Assembly (NCBI RefSeq): GCF_036321535.1
Contig: NC_087472.1
Coordinates: 94,738,001 to 94,802,000 of the forward strand
Direction of reading: 5' to 3'
From: Camelus dromedarius
Lineage: Eukaryota
Length of the DNA: 64,000 nucleotides
The stretch's first letter is position 1. The number at the start of each line of letters is the position of its first letter. Below the pieces are notes generated by a model. That model was not told the DNA's origin and ran no database searches. It saw only the letters and a program-made list of their open reading frames with translations. Below are positions 1 to 11,900 of the stretch, piece by piece. Made by a program: the position numbers and the translations under genes.

Positions 1-2808
1 ATTTGTGAACTGAAGACAGGGCAATAAAACGATCCGAATTGGAGCACAGAGAGAAAAAAGATGAGATAGATGAGAGATAGATAGATGATATTAAAGAGCT
101 AGATATCATGTATATATGTTTGATACATGTATAAAACGTTTATCAACAATATCATAAAGGGTCAAAAAGAGATAAGTAGAAGTATACTTGTGTCATGTTC
201 TTATACACAAAGTAATATAACATTAATATAGTGCATGTTAGGACATTTCAATTTAAGGATGCACATTATAAACTATAGAGGAATAATTTTAAACAGAAAA
301 AAATTAAAGAATAAGTGATATGAGAAATAAAATGGAATGTAAGAAAACATGCAATACAAAAATAGTAAAGGAACAAAAGTAACAGATAACATACTGGGCA
401 AACAGAAAATAAATAGCAAGATAAAAGACTGCAACCTAAGCTTATCAAGTATGAAACTGAATGTACATGGGCTAGAAACTCCCATTAAAAGGCAGCAATT
501 CTAAAGTCATACAAATATAAACAAGATTCAACTGTATGCTGTTTACAAAAAATGAACACAAACCTTTAATATAAAGATATGGATAGGATAAAAATAAAAT
601 GACGACAAAGATAAAACCTGCAAATTATAATAATAAGGATGCTGGAAAATCTATATTAATATGAGACAAAGTAAGCTTCAGGATAAGGAATATTACTAGA
701 ATTAAAGAGAGTTATAAAATGGTGAATTCATTTAAAATACATAGGAATCCTAAATGTGTATGGCCTTTTAATAAATCTAGGCACACATGACATAAACACT
801 AACAGAACAAAATGGGTAAATAGACAAATCAGCAATTACAGTTGTAGTTTTAAACATTTTCTCTCAGTAATTTATAGAAGAAGACAGAAAAGCAGTAAAG
901 TATAAAATATTTAAATTATACCAACATTCAACTACCAAATTAACGTTTTTTAAGAACAATAATACAAAACATCCACAGAATACAAATTCTTTTCAAGTGC
1001 ACATGGCATGTTGACCAACAGAGACTATATTCTGGCTCATAAAAAGCCTCAATACTTTTGTAAAGGATTGAAAGAGTTCAGGGTGTGTTCTCTGACTAAA
1101 CAAATTAAACTGGAAATCAATAGCAAAAGATATCAGGAAAATTAGCAGATACTTAGAAATATTTAGGAAGTATACACCTCTGTATAAGACGGGTAAAGAG
1201 GAAGTCACAAGTGAAATTCAAAAATATTTTGAACTAAACAAAAACAAACTGAACATACTAAAACTTGAAGAATGCAATAAAGCAATGTTCAAAATGTAAA
1301 GCTATAAATACCTACATTAGAAATAATTTGCAAAATATCTACCAAATATTTAAGGAAGAAATAATACCAATTCTAAACTATTCCAGAAAATAGAGTGAAC
1401 ACTCCCTAAGTCATTTTTTGAAGCCACCATAACCCTGATACCAAAACCAGACAAGAAAATTATGAGCAAAGAAAACTATAGATAAGTATACCTCATGAAC
1501 CTCCACAAATATCTATAAATATTAGCAGAAATCATTCTGAATTATATAGGTTAATACGACGTGAAAAAGTAAGCTTTATCTCATGAAGCAAGGTTTACTT
1601 ATTTGAAAATCAAGCAATGTAATTTACCATATTAATGCTGAAAAGATAACCAAAATATATAATTATCTCAATAGTTTCAGTAAGGCATTTGACAAAATGT
1701 AAAAATAATTTATTATAAAAATTCTCGGCAATCTAAGAACAAAACTGAGCCTCCTCCACCTGATAAAGGGCGTCTATGAATAGCTGACAGCTCACACCCC
1801 AATGCTGAAAGAGGGAAAGCTCTAGCCCTAAGACTGGGAGTGAAGCACGGACGCTCGCACTTGCACTCACCTGTACACTGGAAGCCTTCGTTCAACAAAT
1901 CAAGGTAAAGAAATAAAAATGCAAGAAGTTTGGAGAAGTAGAAGTGTCTTCACAGACAATATGATTGCAGATGTACAAAATCCCAATGAACCTAAATCTA
2001 TCATCTATTTATCTGCATCATCTATCTGCCTAACTGTCTATTTACCTACCTACCTACCTATCTGTCATCAATCTATCAGAACAAATTAGTGAATTAGCAA
2101 AGTCACAGAATGTACCAGGTCAATATACAAAAATGTGCACAATGAAATGAAGGTTAAAATATTACCATTTACAAATGTGTCAAAAATAGAATATTTAGAG
2201 ATAAATTTAACAATTTATAACTAAGGCCTCTACAGTGAAAAAATCAAAACATTGATCAGAGAAATTTTAAAAGATCTTTAAAAATTAAGACCAACAAAAT
2301 CAAGTTTTGTAAATGGTGTGGATCAACCAGAGTTTTATGGAATGGAAGACTCAATGTTGTTAAAAGGTGAGTTGTTTCTACATTGCTCTATAATTCCAAT
2401 GCAAACCAAATCAAAATCCTAGCAGGTTTTTTAAAATAGGAATTCACAGGTTGATTCCAAAATGTATATGGAAATTCAAAGGATCTATTATGGTCAAAAT
2501 ATTCTTGAAAAGGAAAACTATAAAACTTAATATAAATCAATTGTAATCAAGACAGTACAGCACTGGGAAAAAAGACAGATACATCAATCAATGGAATGCA
2601 ATAGGGACCATTTCTCAATAGGGTCTAAAGAAATAAAGCCACATTTATACAGTAAACTGATTTTTGATAAAGGCACTAAAGCAATGTGATAGAGAAAAAA
2701 ATATTTTCAACAAATGATACTGAAGCAATTGTATAAAAGTAGGGAATAAAGTGAACATAAACATCTACCAGAAAAAAACACGTGAATTAGTTTAAGAAGG
2801 ATCACAGA
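1..2808 (+). mobile_element. Old, degraded LINE-1 (L1M-type): ORF1 remnant, inter-ORF region and internally deleted ORF2 (EN and RT)
   Basis: Degenerate ORF2 motifs in order: aatgtacatgggctagaaactcccattaaaagg (~NVNGLNSPIKR, ~460), ttttcaagtgcacatgg (~FFSSAHG, ~990), gaagccaccataaccctgataccaaaaccagac (~EASITLIPKPD, ~1420), ttcacagacaatatgatt (~FADDMI, ~1950). Many stops and frameshifts. Confidence 0.9.
1996..2077 (+). repeat. Degenerate (TCTA)n/(CCTA)n microsatellite inside the L1; a short (TAGA)n also lies at ~61-90
   Basis: Direct reading: tctatcatctatttatctgcatcatctatc...tacctacctacctacctatc. Confidence 0.75.
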
Positions 2809-3049
2809 TCTGCATCTCCTCATTTCCCCCACCTCCCAGCCCCCGGCAACCACCCTACTACTATTTCTATGAGTTTGGTTTGTAAAACGCCTCCCTTACA
2901 CTCACTTGCTGTGTCATCTCAATCACTTTTGGTGTTTCCATCTCATGGCCTCGAATTCTAAAGTAGGACTATAATTAGACCTCTTCCCTTTCTAACCCTT
3001 CAACTTTGGTGTCAGGAAGCTTTAAAAGCAACCACTGAATCAACAATTT

Positions 3050-4037
3050 CATGATTTATAGCTCCAGGCTGGTCCTCTTCTCTGAATTATTCTCTTACGT
3101 CCAACTGATTACTCAGCATCTCCACTTGGATGATTAAGAGACATTTGGCACTTTACATGAATAAAACTCAGCTATTCATCTTGCCTCACAAACCTGTTCC
3201 TTAGTCTTCCTCAAGCCAGTTATTGGCCATTCCATCTTTCTAGCTATTTAGGCTAAAAACTTTGGCATCGGGTTTGATTCCTTTCTTTTTCCCATGTCCT
3301 TCATGCAATCTGTTAACAAACTTTACGGGATTAAAGTGCAAAATGTGTACAGAATCTCATTAATTCTCTTCACTTTTATTGCTAAGTCCAAGGCATCGGC
3401 ATTTCTCACCTGGATCACTGCAACAGTTTCCTAACTATCCTACTTCTAGTCTTGCTTTACTCTAGTCTAGTCTCAACACAGTATCCAGAATGAACCTGAA
3501 AATAGATCAGATCATGTCATCTTTCCAGCACCCTCTACTGGAGTAGAAACTAAAGCCATTATAATGATCAACAAATGTCACAAATTTTTCCCTCTTCAAG
3601 TCTATGACTTCATCCTTTATTATTTCCACTGTGATCACTCTTCTCCAGTTACCTGTTCTCTTTGTCATCCCTTGAGCTCTCTAAACACTGGCTCAAAGTG
3701 TAACCTTAGCATCTGCTTCCCATTTTTACTCAAATGTCACTCTTTAAATAAGGCCTTTCTTGGCCCCCATTTTTAAAAGCATCAAACCCTCCTTAATATT
3801 CCTTGTTCCTCTTCCTTGGCTTATGTTTCTCCATAACACTTAGCACTGTCTAACAACAGACAAAGTTTTACTTATTTATTTTTTTTACCGTCACTTTTCC
3901 CACAATAGAAATTAAGCTCTATGAAAGTAGGTAATTAATTGGTACTAAAGACTTATTGTTTCTTTTGAATATTGCAGTACCCATAACAGGGTATCTGTCA
4001 CAAAGTATATTCTCAGTAAATAGTCTTTGAATGAATG
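3050..4037 (+). mobile_element. LINE-2 3' portion
   Basis: ccaactgattactcagcatctccacttggatg matches the L2 core; ends in a degenerate L2 tail (ctcagtaaatagtctttgaatgaatg). Confidence 0.8.
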
Positions 4038-4350
4038 TAGTCTAATTTGCCTATTTAAGAAGTTTACTTAGGCTTCTTCTTCTGTAACAATCACTCTAGG
4101 TGGATTTGATCTACATTGAATCTCAATATGAAAGCACAATGAAGTGAATTTAACTTATTGGGTTATTTTTATACGTTAAAAGAATAAATTATGTAGTATT
4201 CTATAACATAGTGTAGAAATAGAGGTCATTGGTTAGCAGAATAAAAGTAGTAACTTTCTCAATGTTACAACAGACATGAGTGGCAATTTTACACCTTTTA
4301 TTTAATCAAATTCTTTAAAAAAATGTTAGTAAACTGATAGCATGATTCAT

Positions 4351-4809
4351 TGTTACGGAAACAACAGGCCAGTCAAGAAACAAGCACCACTCGGAGGGTT
4401 GGAGTACTCAGATGTATTACGCCCGCGGGCTCAGAGGGGCTTCTGCTCCGAAGCTCTGAGCACCTTCAAGATGTGCACATGAGGTTTTATAGGGTAAAGT
4501 ACAAGCTTGGGGTATTCGGCCAATAGGAATGGAACAACTTTAGCAGCACTATCATCACAAAAGTGGAGGCGGGGAGGCAGCAAACCAACATTCCAAAGCC
4601 AGACATGTATCTTTGAAAACCCAGCTGGCTAGCAAAAAACATGAACAGCAAACCAACACTAATTAACCTAGATTTACGAGTTAGTCTAGCAGAACTCAGA
4701 TCAGTATCCCCATACTTAGATTTGTGAGTTATCCTGCCAGCCCAGCCCCTCCTTCACATTCCTAGACCTGTGAGTTATCTTGTTAGACCAGCCCGGTTTT
4801 TCCTTCACA
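4351..4809 (-). mobile_element. Young ERV1-class solo LTR (459 bp)
   Basis: TGT...ACA termini and a perfect 4-bp TSD TCAT (4347-4350 / 4810-4813). Minus-strand TATA-like ctataaaa (~4485-4492) and a CCAAT at ~4520. Many retained CpGs; tandem U3 repeats. Confidence 0.9.
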
Positions 4810-5705
4810 TCATCACAGGGCAAATCAGTGTATCCTATTTTGTAAACCTCAAGCAAACTAAGTTCAAACTATAAATATTGAAAGCAGTCCCTTACTTTAA
4901 GCAACACAGATTGAACCACTGTGTTAATTACATTTACACTTAACTCAGCAAATAGATGGAGCAAAGATAATAAAGGTGCATCTTATTCACGACCTTTCAA
5001 GAGAGAAAAATCAAACTATGCCTTCAACTGTAAATAGACATGTAAAACACCTCTGTTTCCTTTTTCAACCATTAACGTTCAGATCTTTGACTAATTCAGG
5101 CAAACTTACAACTGAATAATCTGTCATTAGTTAAACTGAACAATAAATATTATAGGATGGTTTTATATATATATATATTCATAAATATATGTAAATGTAT
5201 GCTTTTAAAAATGTTGTTTAGAATTTTCCAAATAATTTAAGACTATTTCAAGAAGTAGAGTCAATATTGGGCTAAGAATTACACTGCCTACATTGTATTT
5301 TCTAACTCTGCCACTGTTTAAACTTGATATATTAGAACTAGAGTACATGGTAACATATCTTATGTCCTCAGTCTTTTTATCTGTAAATGTTGAAACTGTT
5401 GTTCTCTTAGAGCTCATCTGTTATATGACTGTTATTTTTACCATGTATCCAAAGTGGTTTTTTTTCATGTTTACAAAGTTTTAATCTCTGAAATCAAATG
5501 GCACATTTTCAGGTAATTTTTTTTTTTTTTTTGCAATTTAATAACAAATCTAAGAAACTAGAAGTTACTAATATTTTGTGAGAAAGAAAATACTTTCCAT
5601 TTTTTCCAAAATTCCTTTTCACCTAGTTAATTCTTGCTCATCTTTCAGTTTTCAATTCACCTGTCACTTCCTAAAGGAAGCTTTCCCTGATCCCATTTTA
5701 TATAT

Positions 5706-6088
5706 TGTTCAGAAATGTCAGGTAGAACTTTCTGCAATGATAGAAATATTCTATATTTTGCTGTCCAGTATAGTAGTCAATAGCCACATGGAGCTATCGA
5801 GGATTTGAAATGCGGCTACTGTGATCGAGAAACAATTTTTTTTTTTGCCAACTATTTTTAATTTTTATTTTTTAATTTTTATTTTATTATTTGGGGGGTA
5901 GGTAATTTGGTTTATTTATTTATTTAACAACAGTACTGGGGTTTGAACCCAGGACCTCCTGTATGCTAAGCACACACTCTACCACTAAGCTATACCTTTC
6001 CCCCTGAATTTTTTTATTTTATTTATTTTACTAAATTCAAATTTAACAAATCATATATAGCTAGTGGCTACCGTGTTGGATAGCATGG
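5706..6088 (+). mobile_element. MER3-like hAT-Charlie DNA transposon, interrupted by a SINE
   Basis: tagaactttctgcaatgatagaaatattctatat...gctgtccagtatagtag...agccacatg on the left; gctagtggctaccgtgttggatagc on the right. Confidence 0.8.
5835..6004 (-). mobile_element. tRNA-Ala-derived camelid-type SINE (Vic-1-like)
   Basis: Reverse complement begins ggggaaaggtatagcttagtggtagag...ggtcctgggttcaaaccccagtac (A and B boxes), then (aaat)n, ttacctaccccc and an A-rich tail. Confidence 0.88.
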
Positions 6089-6297
6089 TTCTAAACCATG
6101 ACCCTTTCCTTCACTGTATTTGTCATGATGATGACTTTGCATTTCTTTGTGAAATTACTCAATTAATACCTCACCCCACTATTAGCATTTAATTGTCACA
6201 ATGAAATAGGGCCATGTATATTTTTACTCATCTTTAAACCTTCAGGATCTAGCCAAGTATGTGGTAAAAAGTAAGTGTTAAAATAAATTATCATGGT

Positions 6298-6388
6298 AGG
6301 GCTGCTGCATTGTGTAACTCTAAGGGCACCGTCCATATTTCACTCTAAGTAAACAGCACTTGCATGGAATTGCTCAGGGCGTGTGGCC
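6298..6388. mobile_element. MER91-like palindromic hAT MITE remnant
   Basis: gggctgctgcattgtgtaactctaagggcacc...ggaattgctcagggcgtgtggcc: a degenerate inverted-repeat structure resembling MER91. Confidence 0.45.
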
Positions 6389-8559
6389 AAGGGAGTGGCA
6401 AAGCAGAGTGGCTCTCCACCAAGCTGAAGCATGGAGGGGAGTTTACTGAGAGTGGAATCTACAACAGAGAAAGGGTCATTGTGCCCCTCTTTCTAAGAGA
6501 AGTCAGTGATTAACAATGGAGCATTAAGATTTACTAATCTATTATCTAAGACCATTAAAGTTTGGTTGGGAACCACTTATTTATTGACCTATGTAGGTAA
6601 GTACTCTAATTTGTACCCTGATAGCCAACAATTTTAAGACAACATGCTTTGATCTAGGGCTTCTCATTATACATACATGGGAGAGCCTGGAAAAAAAATC
6701 AAGAGATGAATCCAAGCTTTCCTTAAGATACTGTGTGTAACAGCCAGCCATGAACTATTTATGCCTTATTTCCTTTGCATTTGTACAGTTTCCTTTAGAT
6801 AAAATTCTAAATTTCTAAAATATAAAAGCCAAGAGAATTTCCAAATAGGTAAACAAATGCTACTGAAAGGTCAGAAGCTATCTTACTTGAGCCTTAAACA
6901 CATATAGTCACATATGAAATTTAGCATTTTTTTTTTGCTGTTTTTAACATAATCCCTTTAATTCCATAGATAAAGCTTTTCATTTAGAATAAAAATTAAG
7001 TCACTGAGTAGAGGCCCTCTTTGGTGACTTTAATTTTCCAAGAGGTAAGCATCTTTCAGATTTCTTTCTTTAGGCTACTTGTAGTAAATCTGTTGGTTCC
7101 AACTTCCTTCTTTTTGACCTTTCTCTCTGACTCATTCTACCATCACCCACCAGATCTGTCGAGAAAAGGAAAGTTAATAACGAGGTTCCAAGCCAAGAAT
7201 GAGATTAGCTTCACACTCAAGCGAGGGAAGGTGAGGTTTGAATTTTGAAAAGAAGCCCTTCAAGGGTCATGTAATTACTAGGGTGTTATCAAAAAATTAT
7301 TACCACTGCATATTCCTTATTTGGGAGGCAGGTGCCACAATGCCACAGGGCAGTGGGAAGTTATAAATGGTGACATGCAAATGAGCCAGGAAAGCACATA
7401 CATCGGTGTTTCACTGCCCCATTTGCTAATAGAAAATGCAACATCAGAAAGCATGCCTTTCATGGAGAATGACACATCTAGGACATTGGCTGGGATTTAT
7501 AGTCAACCATCTTTCTGCTGCTTCACTGGCTTTTACAATTCATTTCAATTTTCACTTATAGGAAAAAATCATGGTGCATAGATTAGCATATATCCTCCGT
7601 CATGCTTCTTTTGGCTGCTTCTTTTACTTGTGATTAATTTTTAAAATTCAGCTAATTTATTAATGTGATAGTTCCTGAGAGTCATGACTTGGAAAATAAT
7701 TTTGCCTTCATCAAGAGTCTCCATAACAATACTCTTATATGCTTGTACTAAGCAATCACTCTGCTCCTCAAATTCTACCTTGACTTAACACCCACTCTCT
7801 TTTTTAACCAAAGGGTCCAGTTTCAGATTTTTTGTTGCTTAAAGAAAGGGAAAAAGGATAAATTTTTAAATGCCATGCTTCAGGACTAATGTATAAAAGG
7901 TCTGGAAATCACAAATCATTTAGTGCCGCCTATATTAGAACATTAATTCTTAGGAATATGTTTTATTCAGGTTTAATCAGCACCTCAGAGATATCATCTG
8001 AATCTTTGGAGATTTTTGCAACCCTTATTTCTGACCTAGTTTTTAAATTTTTCAGGTGTTAATGAACTACTCCTTTCTGCATGTAAATAGGAAATCAAAA
8101 CCATTTGGAATAGGTTATCTCTCATTCTCTACTTGACTGGTAGACTTAAGCATTTTATTTCAGTTTTACCTGAAGGAATAATGATGCCACAAATTATATA
8201 CCCTGAGACCAAATAATTCAAATGTGAAGAGACTAATTTAATTTACAGGGGCTTTTTATAAAGCCCTAAGAACATGTACCATGTGAATATAAATTAAATT
8301 GTTGTTTGTGTTATTGTTATTTATTACATTATATTTCTGAACATAGTATCAGAGTATACTTTTAATAATTATTTAAATCTTTTAAAATATTTTGCTTCCA
8401 TATAAACAAAATGAAACACACATAAAGAGAACAAAATCATCCTTATTAGAATCTTTCACCTATAATCATGTACATCAGCTAAGAAAGAATATTAAAATAA
8501 TAATAGAAATCACTGCTGCAATATATTGCTTCTTGGGTGCCAGTTTCCATTTTAATATT

Positions 8560-8715
8560 TTACTATCCAACCCTATGAGTTTGAAACTTCTCCAAGTTAT
8601 AGATTATGAAACTGACACTTAGTTTAAGTAATACTTTCAAGATCCGTGTCTAGTAAGTAGAAGGAGTAGAAACCACGCTCACGTCCATCTGACTCCCACA
8701 ATCTCAACTGCTCTA
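8560..8715 (-). mobile_element. MIR SINE fragment
   Basis: gaaactgacacttagtttaagtaa...ctagtaagtagaagg...ctgactcc resembles the reverse MIR core. Confidence 0.6.
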
Positions 8716-10249
8716 TTATTTCAAGGTCTCCATTTTTCCTTTGGATCAAGAAGTCAGTATTCAATATTTTCAAAATGGATATACGGATTCAATATTTTCA
8801 GAAGCTGACAGCTGTAGCATAGCATTTTGCATTACTGAAACCAGATTATCACAGTAGAACTAAAAATAAACTACTCATCAAAGGACTTGCTAATAGTGAT
8901 TCTCTTTTACAGATATTAGACAAGTGGTATGACTTTTATAAAAACAAATATTTTGAGAAAAATGAAGAGCTACCCAAGCTTTAAAGAATAGAATGGAACA
9001 GAAAATCAGTGACTAAAGGCAGATATAAGAGACCATTCCCAGACTTCTAGAAGGAACTTCTATTCTTAGTGTCAGTTTTGTCTGACAAATACCTGGCCCT
9101 CTATTTCTGACAGCTTCTTACAAAACTTGGTTCATCAGTAATCCTCCCTCCTTAGTGCCTTTAGTTGTTCTTATGCCATAGACGTTTTCCCATCACCACA
9201 ATATGTTCAATTATTCCTAGAACAGACGTTTATTTTCCAGCCAGTGCCACCATATATCGTTTTTCCTTTAACATCAGGTCCTTGAACATAAAAATCCATT
9301 TTTGCCATTCATTCCTCAGTCTTCTGCAATTATGAGCCAACTCCCAGCACTTTAAATATGCTCTAAAATCTATCCAGATGAAGTCTAATTCCCAATCCAA
9401 TTCTATTGTCAAGGTCAGCTCTACCATCTCATTTATTAGTTATGTTCATAAGGAATTTCACATGATTAAGCATTGCCTTATAAAAATTATTTAATGGAAA
9501 AAGGAAGCAAAGTGCTAAAAAAAAGTTTTAATAGCATCAAATAAAAACCTTCTCTTCTATAAGGATTTTAAATAATAACTGTTTTGCTTCATTATATGCA
9601 TATAGCTATAAAATCTAAAAATCATTATGGAAATCCAATTTTTTTTATAATTTACAAGTAGCTTATTAAAATAAAAATAAAACAGACAAAAAAAATCTAT
9701 GAAAGGTAAACTATTTTAGCCAATATCACTCAGTGGTAGATCCAAGAGTTAAACTAATGGAATAACTTTAGTCTGATGTAGATTTTCAAAATGTCTTTTA
9801 TTTTCCTATCAATACGATAACATTCATTATTCTTCCTTACATGTCTTAATAATGTTTACTATCCACAGTATTTACAAAGCACATCTCTTACACAGTGTTT
9901 TTGGTTGCTCATTCAGTTTTTTCTGAGCCATAATTTACGCCTTGATGTCAACTCACCATGGTCAACTAATTTCAAGTTTTATTGCTTCATTAATTGACTG
10001 TTTTTGTCCTGCTCTTATTGTGACTTTCAAGATAAATTTTTACATGATACTTCTGTAATACATTACTATTTATCATCTTTTTCTACTTGAACCATTTTCC
10101 TTCCTTGCTCTCCTAACATTACTGTTCACTGATCACCCTTCTAAATGTCAGACTCCTCTTGGCCATTATCCTTGAATGCCCTGTTTTCCTATGCTAGCAC
10201 TTAGACCCAAGAGATCTTCAAATGTATGCACTTTGTCCTCTTGGGCAAG

Positions 10250-10480
10250 ATTGCTGTGGTGAAAAGGAATGAAATTTCTAGTAAAAGTATTTGGGGATGA
10301 AATCTATCTGTGCTAATGAATACCTGGGATTCCTTGAACTAGTTAGACTTCTCAATATCAGTTCCTTAATCAAAAATTTGATTATTAGCTTATCTTATAG
10401 GATGGCTGTGAATCTTGAATCTCAGAGGAGATAATGCCTATCAGTGTTCTCTGCAAACACTGAAGATTTATAAAAGCACT
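10250..10480 (+). mobile_element. MIR SINE fragment
   Basis: ccttgaactagttagacttctcaatatcagttccttaatc...cttataggatggctgtga resembles the MIR core. Confidence 0.5.
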
Positions 10481-11037
10481 ATTGTTACATTGAATCTATA
10501 ATCTCTTTGGATAACCTTTGGTCTTAACCCCTTTAACTACCCATTTACTAGCTACTTCTCACCTGAGATACTCATAAGTCATTTGCATCACAGGCACTGT
10601 AAATAAGGAAAAACAAAACAAAACAAAAAACTAAAGCATGACCATGGTGGAGATCATGGTGAAAAGAGATTGTGCATTTGGGGGCTACTGGTAGGAGGAA
10701 GAAGTATAATTGGAGCCATTAAATTTTTTTTAAACAGAACTGTTACATGATTAATTTGGTTTTAAGATTTCTGGAAAAAGTGTAGAGAAAGAGAATGAAA
10801 TTTGTCTCCAGAAAGGAGAAAAGAAACAAACAAACAAACAAAAAAAAAACACTGAGACTAAATCTACATCAGTGATAGAATATATAGGAAAGGAAGTTGA
10901 AGGGAGAAATCTTATACTATATTGATGTGATATACCAAAGAAGTATAAGAAGGAGCTATAAATACTGATTGACTTTTTAAGTTCCAGTACCAAGTGACAA
11001 GATGCTAGTGATTCTGTTAATCTGAATAGTGGGTTGA

Positions 11038-11428
11038 TGTTATGAGTTGAATTGTGATCACCAAAAATATATTGAAATCCTAACCCCTAGTACTGGTGAA
11101 AGCAACCTTATTTGATTAAATAGAGTCTTGGCAGATATAATCAAATTAAGATGAGGTTATTAGGGTGAGCCCTACTCCAGTATGACTGGTGTCCTTCTAA
11201 AAAGAGGAAAGCCCAATGTAAAGACAAAGATACATAGGGAGGATGCCATGTGACGATAGAGGCAGGACCGCAATGATGTAGCTGCAAGCCAAGGCCTGCC
11301 AAGGTTAACAGCCACCACCTGAAACTAGGAAGAGGCAAGGAAGGATTCTTTCCTACGGGTAAATTTCCATTATTTTAAGCTACCCAGTTGGTGGTACTTT
11401 GTCACAGCTGCCCTAGCAAACTAATATA
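11038..11428 (+). mobile_element. MLT1B/C-type MaLR solo LTR
   Basis: tgttatgagttgaattgtg...ccctagcaaactaatata; perfect 5-bp TSD GTTGA (11033-11037 / 11429-11433). Confidence 0.9.
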
Positions 11429-11519
11429 GTTGATAACCTTAGTTTCTATTTGGTAAGTGCTATGTTTGAGGGGCCATTGGGACATAGTTAAGTCATCCTA
11501 TAAGGAGGGTATAACGTAT

Positions 11520-11900
11520 TGCATTAACCAAGGTCATTAGTGCTAGCTGCTAACAACAATAATCCCCAGAGCTATCATAATATAATCAAGTTTTCCTATT
11601 CACTTGACAGTTGAAATATGTTTTCAGCAGGAAGTCTTCCACGTGCTGGCCCAGGGATCCCAGTCCTGGCATCTTATGGCTCCACTATTTTAAAGGGACT
11701 CCTCAGATTCTTCATTAGATTCTATATTCAGGAGTCCAAAGAGCAGAGAGAGAGAGACAGAGAGTCGGATCACTTAAGATACTTTATGAACCAGGCCTGT
11801 GCACATTCCAATAGCTCGAACCCAGTCACTTGCCCCAAACCTGACTGCAAAGGAGTCTGGGAAATGTAGTCTCTCTGTTTCATCACTGACTATCTCCACA
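11520..11900 (-). mobile_element. Old MLT1 (J/K/L-like) MaLR LTR
   Basis: ctagctgctaacaacaataatcccca...cctgactgcaaaggagtctgggaaatgtagtct. Confidence 0.6.

Larger units (their letters stand above)
5620..6290 (+). mobile_element. LINE-2 3' fragment split by the MER3 insertion
   Basis: ttcttgctcatctttcagttttcaattcacctgtcacttcc on the left; resumes ~6095 and ends in an L2-tail-like ctagccaagtatgtgg...aataaatt. Confidence 0.55.

Noticed and set aside
4667..4809. CRISPR-like repeat-spacer array
   Set aside because: Only three degenerate units, inside an LTR U3 region in mammalian DNA, with no cas genes.
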